Source of the DNA: Acidimicrobiaceae bacterium
Lineage (GTDB): Bacteria > Actinomycetota > Acidimicrobiia > Acidimicrobiales > Aldehydirespiratoraceae
Direction of reading: 5' to 3'
Assembly (NCBI GenBank): GCA_009843735.1
Contig: VYCW01000087.1
Span: 7,589 to 71,588 of the forward strand
Length of the DNA stretch: 64,000 nt
The notes beneath the pieces were generated by a model. It was not told the DNA's origin. It was given only the letters and a program-made list of their open reading frames with translations, and ran no database searches. This document shows, in pieces, positions 17,249-25,730 of the stretch. The translations under genes and the position numbers were made by a program. Numbering within the stretch: position 1 is the first letter of the stretch; each line of letters starts with the position of its first letter.

Positions 17249-19522
17249 CTACTGGCGGGCCATCTCGGCGCGGGCTGTGTTGGCGTCGTCCTGTGCGGTC
17301 CGGGGGGCCAGCTGGATCTCCACCTCGTGCAGGGTGCCGGTGAACGGGAACGGCCCCTGGTAGCGGTCCGAGACCGCGGAGCCGTGGTCGCGGCCGATGC
17401 TGGCCCCGACCGCGGAGACGATCCCCATGAACACCGGCAGGTCGCGCCGCCCGCACCCGGCACCGTCGATGGCGACTTCCGCCGTCCCGGTAGTACGGCT
17501 GACGCGCTCAAGGCGCACCGACAGCGTGCAGTCGCCCTCAGGCACCGCCGCGCTGGACTCCAGGATGGTGTGGTCGCCGTAGGCGTTGTAGTCCACGACC
17601 AGCCGGTCGCCCTGCACGAATAGCGAGACCCCAGCGCTGGCCGTGCCGGTCGCCCAGATGACGCCCTCGTCGCCGGAGGCGCGGGTCACCCGGGCATCGA
17701 GGTGGAACCTCCGACCGCCCGGACCGGGGGCAGCCTGCACCGCGATGGGCGACATCGGCAGGCGGTACCGGTAGCGGCGGCTGGTGGGGTGGGGCGAGCG
17801 GTCGTTGAGGCGGGGCCTGAACATCCCGACGAAGCTGTCGTCGAGGGGCAGCACGCCGTTGCGCTCGGCCTCGCTCCACCACAGCTCGATCAGCTCGGCG
17901 AGCTTGTCGGGCTGCCGCGTCGCGAGGTCGTCGCATTCCGAGGCGTCCGCCGACAGGTCATACAGCTCCCACTGATCGGCGTCGAAGTCGGTGCCGTGGA
18001 TGTGTCGGCACACCGCCTTCCAATGGCCGGCCACCAGCGCCCGCGAGCCGGCCATCTCGAAGTACTGGAGGGTGTTGGTGGCCGGATGGCCGGCGTCGGC
18101 CATCACCGGCGCGAACGAGTGGCCCGTGACCGGCATCTGCTCGAATCCGTTGAGCACTTCGGGCGGGGTGATGCCCAGCAGTTCGTAGATCGTGGGCACG
18201 ACATCGGAGACGTTGGTGAACTGGTGCCGCATCGTTCCCCGCTCGGAGGCGCCTATTCCCTCGGGCCAGTGGACGATCAGGGGCACATGAACCCCACCCT
18301 CGTGGGTGTTCTGCTTGTACCACTTGAACGGGCTGTTGCCGCACTGGGCCCAGCCCCACGGGTAGTTGACGTAGCTGCGGGGCCCGCCGATCTCGTCGAG
18401 CCGGGCGACCGCCTCCTCCGGTATCTCCGGTATGCCGTTGAACCACTTCATCTCGTGCATCACCCCGAACGGGCCGCCCTCCTGCGACGCCCCGTTGTCT
18501 GAGAGCACCACCAGGATCGTGTTGTCGAGTTGGCCCAGCCGGTCGAGGCCACCGACCAGCCGCCCGATCTGGTCGTCGGTGTGGTCGAGGAAGGCCGCGA
18601 AGGCCTCCTGGAGGCGGGCTGCGAACCGCTGGTGGCTCTCGGGGAGCGTGTCCCACGGCTCCACGCCCGGGTTGCGGGGCGCCAGCCGGGTGCCCTCGGG
18701 GATCACCCCGAGTTCGAGCTGGCGCCGGTACCAGCGCTCCCGCACGATGTCCCAGCCCTCGTCGTAGCGTCCCCGGTACTTGGCCAGGTAGCCGGCGGGC
18801 GCCTGATGGGGGGCGTGGGTGGCGCCGAAGGGCAGGTAGGCGAAGAAGGGCCGGTCGGGCCGCACCCCCTTGCTGTCGCTGATCATCAGCAGCAGCTGAT
18901 CGACGAGATCCTCGCTGAGGTGGTAGCCGTCGTCGGGCCCGGCCGGGGGGTCGGCCCGGTGGTTGTCGATCACCAGCTCGGGGTGGAACTGGTCGGTCTC
19001 GCCTTCGAGGAACCCGTAGAACCGGTCGAAGCCGCGGCCCAGCGGCCACTGGTCGAAGGGACCGGCGGCCGAGCTGTCCTGGGTGTGGCCCAGATGCCAC
19101 TTGCCCGCGCAGAAGGTGGCGTAGCCGATGGCGCTCAGGACCTCGGCGACGGTGGCCGCATGGTTGGAGACATGGCCGAGCTGGTTCGGGAAGCCGCTCC
19201 TGAAGTTGGCCAGCGTGCGCATGCCCACCGCGTGCTGGGAGCGTCCGGTGAGCAGCGCGGCCCGGGTGGGCGAGCACAGCGGGGTGACGTGGAAGTTGGT
19301 GAACTGGAGCCCGCCCGCGGCCAGCCGGTCGACGTTGGCGGTGTCGATGTCCGAGCCGTAGCAGCCGAACTGGGCGAAGCCGGTGTCGTCGAGCAGGATG
19401 ATCACCACGTTGGGGGCGTCCTCGCCGGGGTGCGGGGGCTCGCTGAAGCAGGGTTCGGACTCAGCGCGGGTCCGACCGATGCGCCCCCCGAAGGTCGGGA
19501 TCGGGATGCTCGGTTGGGTCAT
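17249..19522 (-). CDS. Arylsulfatase (long AtsA-type, formylglycine-dependent)
   Basis: Start ATG 19522 (MTQPSIPIP...). LCSPTRAALLTGR C-x-P-x-R motif, DDTGFAQ, GKWHLG. 757 aa. The rest of the 1269-aa tracked ORF is read-through. Confidence 0.9.
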   Translation of the reverse strand: MTQPSIPIPTFGGRIGRTRAESEPCFSEPPHPGEDAPNVVIILLDDTGFAQFGCYGSDIDTANVDRLAAGGLQFTNFHVTPLCSPTRAALLTGRSQHAVGMRTLANFRSGFPNQLGHVSNHAATVAEVLSAIGYATFCAGKWHLGHTQDSSAAGPFDQWPLGRGFDRFYGFLEGETDQFHPELVIDNHRADPPAGPDDGYHLSEDLVDQLLLMISDSKGVRPDRPFFAYLPFGATHAPHQAPAGYLAKYRGRYDEGWDIVRERWYRRQLELGVIPEGTRLAPRNPGVEPWDTLPESHQRFAARLQEAFAAFLDHTDDQIGRLVGGLDRLGQLDNTILVVLSDNGASQEGGPFGVMHEMKWFNGIPEIPEEAVARLDEIGGPRSYVNYPWGWAQCGNSPFKWYKQNTHEGGVHVPLIVHWPEGIGASERGTMRHQFTNVSDVVPTIYELLGITPPEVLNGFEQMPVTGHSFAPVMADAGHPATNTLQYFEMAGSRALVAGHWKAVCRHIHGTDFDADQWELYDLSADASECDDLATRQPDKLAELIELWWSEAERNGVLPLDDSFVGMFRPRLNDRSPHPTSRRYRYRLPMSPIAVQAAPGPGGRRFHLDARVTRASGDEGVIWATGTASAGVSLFVQGDRLVVDYNAYGDHTILESSAAVPEGDCTLSVRLERVSRTTGTAEVAIDGAGCGRRDLPVFMGIVSAVGASIGRDHGSAVSDRYQGPFPFTGTLHEVEIQLAPRTAQDDANTARAEMARQ

Positions 19523-20811
19523 GTGTCGGCGGCGGCTAGCGCGTCGACGATCGCGGCTGCGCCCTCGTCGATCTCGGCCTCGGCCACGTTGAGCATCGGG
19601 GTGATCCGGATCACGTTGCCGTAGAGGCCGCCCTTGCCGACGAGCAGGCCCCGCCGGCGGCACTCCTCGAGCACCCGCCCGGCCCGGGCCGCATCGGGCT
19701 CGATCGAGCCGGGATGCACGAACTCCATGGCCTGCATCAGTCCCCGGCCCCGGAGCTCGGCCACGAAGTCGGCCCGGTCCACCGCCGGGGTCAGCGTGTC
19801 GACCAGGCGCCGTCCCATGGCCAGCGCGTTGGCCTGGAGGTCGTCCTCCAGCACCCGCCGCAGCGTGGCCCGACCGGCGGCGGCCGACAGCGGGTTGCCG
19901 CCGAAGGTTGAGAACTGGAGCGCGCCGATGGAGTCGAAGATCTCGGCCCGTCCCACCACGCCGGCCAGGGTGATGCCGTTGCCGACCCCTTTGGCGAAGG
20001 TGAGCATGTCGGGCACGATCCCGTGGGCCTCGTAGCCCCAGAAGTGCTCGCCGGTGCGGCCCCAGCCGGTCTGCACCTCGTCGGAGATGAACAGGATGCC
20101 GTGGGACGACAGCACCTTTCCCATGGCCCCGAAGAAGCCGTCGGGGGGAACCGCGAACCCGCCCACGCCCTGGATGGGCTCGGCGATCATGGCGGCCACG
20201 TCCCCCGAGGTGGTCATGTCGATGAGCTGCACGAGGTCGTCGACGCACGCTGTGGTGTATGCGTCGTCGTCGAGGTGGCGGAACGGGCTTCGCAGCCGGT
20301 AGCCGCCCTGGACAAAGGTGACGTTGAGCCCGGTGAGGCTGGTCGACGACCAGCTGCGGTGGGCGGTGATGGCCTGAGCCGAGAAGGTGCGCCCGTGGTA
20401 GCTGTTGCGCATGGCCAGGATCTGGTTGGAGCCGCGGTGCACGGTCGCCATGAGCAGGGCGGCGTCGTTGGCCTCGCTGCCCGAGGGCGTGAAGAACACC
20501 CGGGCGTCGTCGATTCCCGACACCCGGGCCACGTCCTCGGCGAAGGCGATCATCGGCTCGCTCAGGTACAGCGTGGAGGTGTGCATCACCTTGGCCGCCT
20601 GCTCCTGAACCGCGGCCACCACGCTGGGCTCGGCGTGGCCGATCATGGTGGTGAGCACCCCGCCGAAGAAGTCGAGGTAGCGACGGCCCTCGACGTCCCA
20701 GACGTAGCTGCCCTCGCCCCTGTCGATCGACACCGGCTCGTCGTGGAGCAGGTGCAGGAAGCTGGGCAGCGCCGAGCCGTAGCGCTCGGCCAGTTCGGCG
20801 TTGTTGGTCAT
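19519..20811 (-). CDS. Class III pyridoxal-phosphate-dependent aminotransferase
   Basis: 430 aa. SGSEANDAAL, DEVQTGWGRTG and TFAKG (PLP lysine). Its stop overlaps the sulfatase ATG (ATGA). Confidence 0.9.
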   Translation of the reverse strand: MTNNAELAERYGSALPSFLHLLHDEPVSIDRGEGSYVWDVEGRRYLDFFGGVLTTMIGHAEPSVVAAVQEQAAKVMHTSTLYLSEPMIAFAEDVARVSGIDDARVFFTPSGSEANDAALLMATVHRGSNQILAMRNSYHGRTFSAQAITAHRSWSSTSLTGLNVTFVQGGYRLRSPFRHLDDDAYTTACVDDLVQLIDMTTSGDVAAMIAEPIQGVGGFAVPPDGFFGAMGKVLSSHGILFISDEVQTGWGRTGEHFWGYEAHGIVPDMLTFAKGVGNGITLAGVVGRAEIFDSIGALQFSTFGGNPLSAAAGRATLRRVLEDDLQANALAMGRRLVDTLTPAVDRADFVAELRGRGLMQAMEFVHPGSIEPDAARAGRVLEECRRRGLLVGKGGLYGNVIRITPMLNVAEAEIDEGAAAIVDALAAADT

Positions 20812-20895
20812 AGCGCAGTTTATGTCCGAGCCGAACCGCCGTGCCCTGCGGTCGCGGGCTGGTGTCGGGGGTCTGGTGCGGGTGCCGACGCCCGG

Positions 20896-22296
20896 TCAGT
20901 CGTTGCGGATCTTGCGGGCTAGGGCTACTGCGGTTCTGGCTTCGCGGTTGGTGCGGTACTCGTAGATGTCGGCACCGGCCAGCATCCAGCGGCTGCCCCG
21001 CACCCCCAGCCAGCGCAGCGGCTCGGGCTCCCAGCGGCGGTGGCGCACGCCGACCCACGGCAGGTCGATCCGTTCGGAGTCGGCTCCGGTGATCAGGTCG
21101 GCCAGGGTGCGCCCGGCCAGGTTCGACGGCGCAACCCCCTCCCCCACGTACCCGCCCGCGCCGGCGGTGCCCGCGGCCCGGTCGAAGTGCACGAACGGGG
21201 TCCAGTTGCGGGGCACGGCGAGCACGCCGCCCCAGCGGTGCGTGATCCGGGCGCCCGACAGCGCGGGGAACAGGTCCACCAGGGTGCGGTGGATCCGCTC
21301 GTGGGAGCGATGGTGGCGCTCGATCGACGGGCTGATCCGAGATCCGTACAGGTAGGGCACCCCCCGGCCCCCGAAGGCGATCCGGTCATCGGCGGTGCGC
21401 TGGCCGTAGATCACCATGTAGCGGTCGTCGGCGAAGGTGGGCCGGTCGGCCAGGCCGATCTCGTCGAACACCGACTGGGGAAGCGGCTCGGTGCCGATCA
21501 TCAGCGAGTAGACGGGCAGCAGTTGGCGCCGACGGCCCCGCAGGTCCCGGGTGTAGGCCTCGGTGGCCCTCACCACCACCTCGGCCCGCACCGTTCCCCG
21601 GTCGGTCAGCACCCGGCCGGGCTCGATGGCGAGGGCAGCCGTCTGCTCGACGATGGTCGCACCCCGCCGCTCCACCGCCTCGGCCAGTCCCCGCACCAGC
21701 CGGGCCGGGTCCACCGCCGCACACGGGGCATAGAAGATGCCGCTGAGCACGCCGGTGGCGTTGGCGTGAGCCCGTGCTTCATCCGCGGTCAGCAGCCGGA
21801 TCTCGTCGGCGGTGAGACCGAGTTCGTGGTGATGGGCTGTCTCGGCGGCCTGGCGCTCCGCCTGGGGGCGGTTGCGAGCGAAGCGAATCACCCCGCCCTT
21901 GTGATAGCCGCAGTCGATGCTCTCGGCCGCAGCCACCCGACCGATCTCGTCGACGCTGTCGAGGACGGCCCGGGCGAGGCGCAGCGACGCAGGCAGGTCC
22001 GCGAGGGCCGCGTACTTCCCGATGCCCGCGGCCAGTTCGCCCACCACCCAGCCGCCGTTGCGCCCGGAGGCACCGAAGCCGCATATGTCGCGTTCGATCA
22101 CCGTCACCCGGAGCGTCGGGTCGAGGCCGAGCAGGTAGTAGGCGGTCCACAGGCCGGTGAACCCGCCGCCCACGATGGCCACATCGGCGTCGGTTTCGCC
22201 GTCCAGCGCCGGGCGGGGGGCGAGAGAGCCGGGGAAGGTGTCGAGCCACATCGACCGCTCGCGGTATCGCGCTTCCGGGCTCGGGCCGGGGGGCAT
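20896..22296 (-). CDS. FAD-dependent oxidoreductase (DAO family, PuuB-like)
   Basis: DVAIVGGGFTGLWTAYYL Rossmann motif. ATG 22296 chosen, alternative ATG at 22251. The N-terminal 47 codons of the tracked ORF run through the repeat element. Confidence 0.8.
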   Translation of the reverse strand: MPPGPSPEARYRERSMWLDTFPGSLAPRPALDGETDADVAIVGGGFTGLWTAYYLLGLDPTLRVTVIERDICGFGASGRNGGWVVGELAAGIGKYAALADLPASLRLARAVLDSVDEIGRVAAAESIDCGYHKGGVIRFARNRPQAERQAAETAHHHELGLTADEIRLLTADEARAHANATGVLSGIFYAPCAAVDPARLVRGLAEAVERRGATIVEQTAALAIEPGRVLTDRGTVRAEVVVRATEAYTRDLRGRRRQLLPVYSLMIGTEPLPQSVFDEIGLADRPTFADDRYMVIYGQRTADDRIAFGGRGVPYLYGSRISPSIERHHRSHERIHRTLVDLFPALSGARITHRWGGVLAVPRNWTPFVHFDRAAGTAGAGGYVGEGVAPSNLAGRTLADLITGADSERIDLPWVGVRHRRWEPEPLRWLGVRGSRWMLAGADIYEYRTNREARTAVALARKIRND

Positions 22297-22320
22297 CTCG
22301 CCAATGTACGCCCGCCACGT

Positions 22321-22452
22321 CCGACCACACCGCGAATTGGCAGCACAATGCACGCCATCCGTGCACAACGCTGCCAATTCCCCAGCAACGCCGGACCGCA
22401 CCGCGAATTGGCAGCACGACGCACGACATCCGTGCACAACGCTGCCAATTCC
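22321..22452. repeat. Tandem duplication (period 71 bp) of a ~61-bp palindromic unit: GAATTGGCAGC-N25-GCTGCCAATTC
   Basis: Copy 1 is 22321..22381, with arms at 22334..22344 and 22370..22380 and an inner TGCACG-CCATC-CGTGCA. Copy 2 is 22391..22452, with arms at 22405..22415 and 22441..22451. Only a few substitutions and one 1-nt indel separate the copies. Confidence 0.9.
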
Positions 22453-22463
22453 TTACCGGAGGG

Positions 22464-22832
22464 TCAGCGGATCTGGACTATCCGGCCCGACTGGCCCCAG
22501 GACTTGTCGGCAGTGAACACCTTGGCGTCGAGGCGCTCGGCCAGGGCCAGGCAGAGCCGGTCGGCGAGCGAGAGACCCTCGCCTTGACGCCAGCGACGAG
22601 CCGCCCACTCGGCGTCCTTGCGGACCACCGGCTCCACCCGCATGGCGTACCTCGCCAGCAGGGCTTGGGCCAGGTGCCAGTCGCGGCCGGCGCTCATGAC
22701 CCGCCGAGCCACTTCCGACCAGTTTGCTGCGCCGCACCTGGGATCGTCGGCCAGCGCTCCCTCGACGATTTCAGCACCGTCCTCGCCCAGCAGGAACGCG
22801 AGGACCGCTGACGCGTCGAGCACCGAAGTCAC
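22464..22832 (-). CDS. vapC: Type II toxin VapC (PIN-domain ribonuclease)
   Basis: 122 aa. N-terminal LDASAV acidic motif and PIN-like layout. 4-nt overlap with the upstream antitoxin gene. Confidence 0.8.
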   Translation of the reverse strand: MTSVLDASAVLAFLLGEDGAEIVEGALADDPRCGAANWSEVARRVMSAGRDWHLAQALLARYAMRVEPVVRKDAEWAARRWRQGEGLSLADRLCLALAERLDAKVFTADKSWGQSGRIVQIR

Positions 22833-23089
22833 CCGGCATCCCCGCTCGCTGCGTCCTCGATCGCGGCCGCTCTGCGCCGGTCGGCCAGGAGTTCGTTCAC
22901 CAGGTCCAACCCCGCCAAGTCCTTGCGGACCCGATCCCGAAGCTGCTCACGAGTCAGCAGGACCAGGCCGTCCGGCGACTCCAGAAGCACCATCGGCGAC
23001 CCGGCAACCAGCCCGGCGCGCTCCCGGACGGCGGCCGGCACCACGATCCTGCCGCGGTCTCCCATTGCAACCATGTGGGTCCCACTCAT
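22829..23089 (-). CDS. vapB: AbrB/MazE/SpoVT-type antitoxin (VapB)
   Basis: GDRGRIVVPAAVRERAGL swapped-hairpin motif. Start set to ATG 23089 because a TACTAT -10 box lies 6 nt upstream (leaderless candidate). Tracked ORF starts at 23134. Confidence 0.7.
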   Translation of the reverse strand: MSGTHMVAMGDRGRIVVPAAVRERAGLVAGSPMVLLESPDGLVLLTREQLRDRVRKDLAGLDLVNELLADRRRAAAIEDAASGDAG

Positions 23090-23095
23090 GTATCT

Positions 23096-23101
23096 ATAGT
23101 A
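23096..23101 (-). promoter_or_regulatory. Candidate -10 box (TACTAT) for a leaderless vapBC transcript
   Basis: TTCCCA-N18-TACTAT-N6-ATG on the minus strand, in an AT-rich patch of an otherwise GC-rich region. Confidence 0.4.
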
Positions 23102-23204
23102 CCACTCACCCCATAGATCTGGGAAGAGTCGCATCTCTCTGATTGCCGCTTGACACGACCGGTCAGGAACTTCGGCAGCATGGTGCCAGCGCTAGCCTGC
23201 GGGT

Positions 23205-24311
23205 ATGCGACGGCCGCCGATCAGGCACCTCGAGTTGGCCGGGTCGCCCGAGGCCATGGGCGACGCCCACGGACGGGCCCACGCAGAGGAGATCCGGCGA
23301 TACGCCCACGAACGGGTGGAACTGGTCGCCGAGGGGCTCTGGAGCGGTGGACCGCTGGAGCGGGGCGCGGTGCTGGAGCTGGCCGAGGCGTGCTTGCCCG
23401 CCCATGAGGCGTTCTCGCCCCGGCTGCACGCCGAGATGCTGGCCATGGCCGGCGCGGCCGGCATCACCCCGGCCGAAGCGGTGGTGGTGGGCGGCTTCAC
23501 CGACTTCGTGGACACGGTTCGAGCGGTCACAGCCGGACCTCATCCGGTGTCGGTGACCGAGGACGACTGCACCGCCTTCTTGGTGCCCGACGCCCGGGCC
23601 GACGGCGCCGGGATGATCGGGCAGACCTGGGACATGCATGACACCGCCACCGACCATGTGGTGCTGGCCCGCCTGCGCCCCGACACCGGGCCCGACGTGC
23701 TGGTGTTCACCACCGTCGGGTGCCTGGGCCAGATCGGCATGAACTCTGCCGGAGTCTGCGTGGGCATCAACAACCTCACCGGCAACGACGGCCGCTTCGG
23801 GGTGATGTGGCCCACCGTCATCCGCGAGATGCTGGCTCAGGCCACAGCGGCCGACGCTTTGGACGTGCTGCTGGGAGCCGACCTGGCCGGCGCCCACAAC
23901 TACCTGATCCTCGACGCCGACGGCCGGGGGTTCAACGTGGAGGCCATGCCGTCGGCCCGGCCGATCGATGTGCTGGCCGACAAGCCGCTGGCGCACACCA
24001 ACCACGTCACGCATGCCGCGGCCGAGCCCTTCGAGGGCGAGAGGGACGCAGAGGTCATGGCCAACTCGCGCCTCCGGTTGGAACTGGCCGACGCCATGCT
24101 GTCCGACGCGGGCCTGCCGATCGACGCCGAGCGGCTGATGGAGGTCACCCGGGAGCCGACAGCCATCTGCCGCTGGCCCGACCCCAAGTACCGCGTCGAG
24201 TCGAGCGGCGCAGTGATCATGCGACCCCGCACCGGCGACTTCTGGGCCTGCTGGGGCCAGCCCGCCGACAACGACTACCGGCACTTCTCGCTGGCCCCCG
24301 CCGCGGCCTAG
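23205..24311 (+). CDS. Peptidase C45 family (acyl-CoA:6-aminopenicillanic-acid acyltransferase-like Ntn hydrolase)
   Basis: 368 aa. L-GSP-EMG--HG N-terminus, DDCTAF nucleophile-Cys context, QTWD and NHYLI-like motifs. Confidence 0.7.
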   Translation: MRRPPIRHLELAGSPEAMGDAHGRAHAEEIRRYAHERVELVAEGLWSGGPLERGAVLELAEACLPAHEAFSPRLHAEMLAMAGAAGITPAEAVVVGGFTDFVDTVRAVTAGPHPVSVTEDDCTAFLVPDARADGAGMIGQTWDMHDTATDHVVLARLRPDTGPDVLVFTTVGCLGQIGMNSAGVCVGINNLTGNDGRFGVMWPTVIREMLAQATAADALDVLLGADLAGAHNYLILDADGRGFNVEAMPSARPIDVLADKPLAHTNHVTHAAAEPFEGERDAEVMANSRLRLELADAMLSDAGLPIDAERLMEVTREPTAICRWPDPKYRVESSGAVIMRPRTGDFWACWGQPADNDYRHFSLAPAAA

Positions 24312-24344
24312 GGCACCGCCCTCCCGTAAGAACCGGTCTACAAG

Positions 24345-24366
24345 CACAGATTTTCAAGCATCTGTG
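24345..24366. terminator. Hairpin CACAGAT-TTTCAAGC-ATCTGTG between convergent genes
   Basis: 7-bp perfect stem in the 79-nt gap between the C45 peptidase and the second vapC. No clear U-tract. Confidence 0.35.
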
Positions 24367-24390
24367 GCACTCAGGTTCGCCGTCCGCGGC

Positions 24391-24786
24391 TCAGGCGGCG
24401 GTTGTGCCCAGGACTTCGAGGCCGCGGTCGGCGGCCCGAGCGGCCAGTTGCTCGTCGAAGGTGGCGACCGCTCGGGCGACCTGGTGGAGGGCGGTGTCGA
24501 GCACGATGGCATCGGGAAGCCGCAGTCCGGTCGCAGCCCGCAGCCGAGCCCACCGCAGCGGGGCGTCAGGATCGACATAGACCACGTCGAACGAGGCCCG
24601 AAGCCCAGCGGAGGCCTCCTCCAGCACTCCGAGCCTCGCCGGTGCAACCAGGCACTCAGCGAGAGTCACCGGGTGCAGCACCGCATCCTCGTCGGCAATC
24701 TCGCGGGACGTCTCCACCGCTCGGCGGTGATGGTCGTCGCCAGGGTCTCGCAGAGCCACGACCCAACTGGTGTCGACCACGATCAC
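24391..24786 (-). CDS. vapC: Type II toxin VapC (PIN domain)
   Basis: 131 aa. MIVVDTSWVVAL N-terminus is typical of PIN toxins. 4-nt overlap with the upstream small gene. Confidence 0.8.
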   Translation of the reverse strand: MIVVDTSWVVALRDPGDDHHRRAVETSREIADEDAVLHPVTLAECLVAPARLGVLEEASAGLRASFDVVYVDPDAPLRWARLRAATGLRLPDAIVLDTALHQVARAVATFDEQLAARAADRGLEVLGTTAA

Positions 24787-25028
24787 GCCGGCCAGTCCTC
24801 GGCACGGTCATAGATGTCCGAAGAGCCCGGCAGCGAGCCGACCAGGCCCTCTCGGGCCCGAGCACGAGACGACGGCGACCGGCCACCCTCGGCCCAGTCC
24901 TGCATGACAAGGAGAATGAGCCTGGCCCTGGGCACACCGGACCATCGCCTCGACGCCTCATCTAGGATCTCGCTGATCTCATCGGTCTCCGTCACAGCGT
25001 GTCGGGGGCGCGTAGTCGGCATGGCCAT
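24783..25028 (-). CDS. Putative VapB-type antitoxin
   Basis: 81 aa ORF translationally coupled (4-nt overlap) to the PIN toxin. Fold not recognised. Confidence 0.55.
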   Translation of the reverse strand: MAMPTTRPRHAVTETDEISEILDEASRRWSGVPRARLILLVMQDWAEGGRSPSSRARAREGLVGSLPGSSDIYDRAEDWPA

Positions 25029-25088
25029 CAGTGTACTACCAGGTGTAACACCATGTCGAGTGGATCAGGCGAAATATATCGACGTATA

Positions 25089-25730
25089 ATGACTTCCATG
25101 GGCGAGCTCACCTACACGAGCATCCGGGCCGAGTGGGCCGAGGCGCTCCAGCACATCGAACACACCGCGTTCCCGACCGCGGACACCGAAGACCTCTACT
25201 GGGCCGACGAGCTACGGGCCCTGGCCCTCGAGTTCCCCGAGGGCGGGGTGGTCGTGCTCGACGGTGACACGCCGGTGGCCATGGGCCTGGGCATCCGGGT
25301 GGACTTCGACTTCAGCCACACCCAGCACTCGATCCGTGACCTAGTGGGGGTCGACGGCGGCACCGGTCACGTGCCCGACGGCGCCTGGTACTACGGGACC
25401 AGCATCGCGGTGCTGCCCGAATACCGCCGCCGGGGCATCGGCAAGCGGCTCTACGACATGCGCAAGCAGATCTGCCGCGACCTCAACCTGGCCGGCATCG
25501 TGGCCGGCGGGGTGATCCCCGGCTACGCCGACCACAAGGACGAGATGTCGGCCGCCGACTACGTGGCCAAGGTCTCGGCCGGCGAGCTGTACGACGCCAC
25601 CCTCACCATGCAGATCGCTAACGGCTTCGAGGCCCGGGGAGTAATCGCCGACTACATCACCGACCCGGCGGTCGACAGCTGGGCGTCCCTGATCGTCTGG
25701 AACAACCCCGACTACACCCCCGGATCCTGA
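25089..25730 (+). CDS. GNAT family N-acetyltransferase
   Basis: Start ATG 25089 (MTSMGEL...). The Q/R-x-x-G-x-G/A-type motif YRRRGIGKRLY is present. Confidence 0.75.
   Translation: MTSMGELTYTSIRAEWAEALQHIEHTAFPTADTEDLYWADELRALALEFPEGGVVVLDGDTPVAMGLGIRVDFDFSHTQHSIRDLVGVDGGTGHVPDGAWYYGTSIAVLPEYRRRGIGKRLYDMRKQICRDLNLAGIVAGGVIPGYADHKDEMSAADYVAKVSAGELYDATLTMQIANGFEARGVIADYITDPAVDSWASLIVWNNPDYTPGS

Noticed and set aside
17249-21058. Giant fused ORFs (1269 aa at 17249..21058, 550 aa at 4467..6119, 823 aa at 50496..52967, 737 aa at 14998..17211)
   Set aside because: Only the 3' portions carry recognisable domains and good internal starts. The 5' portions are out-of-frame read-through of the upstream neighbour gene, which has its own well-supported frame.
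22321-22452. CRISPR array
   Set aside because: There are only two repeat copies, and each is a long palindrome. The 9-10 nt between units is not spacer-like, and there are no cas genes.
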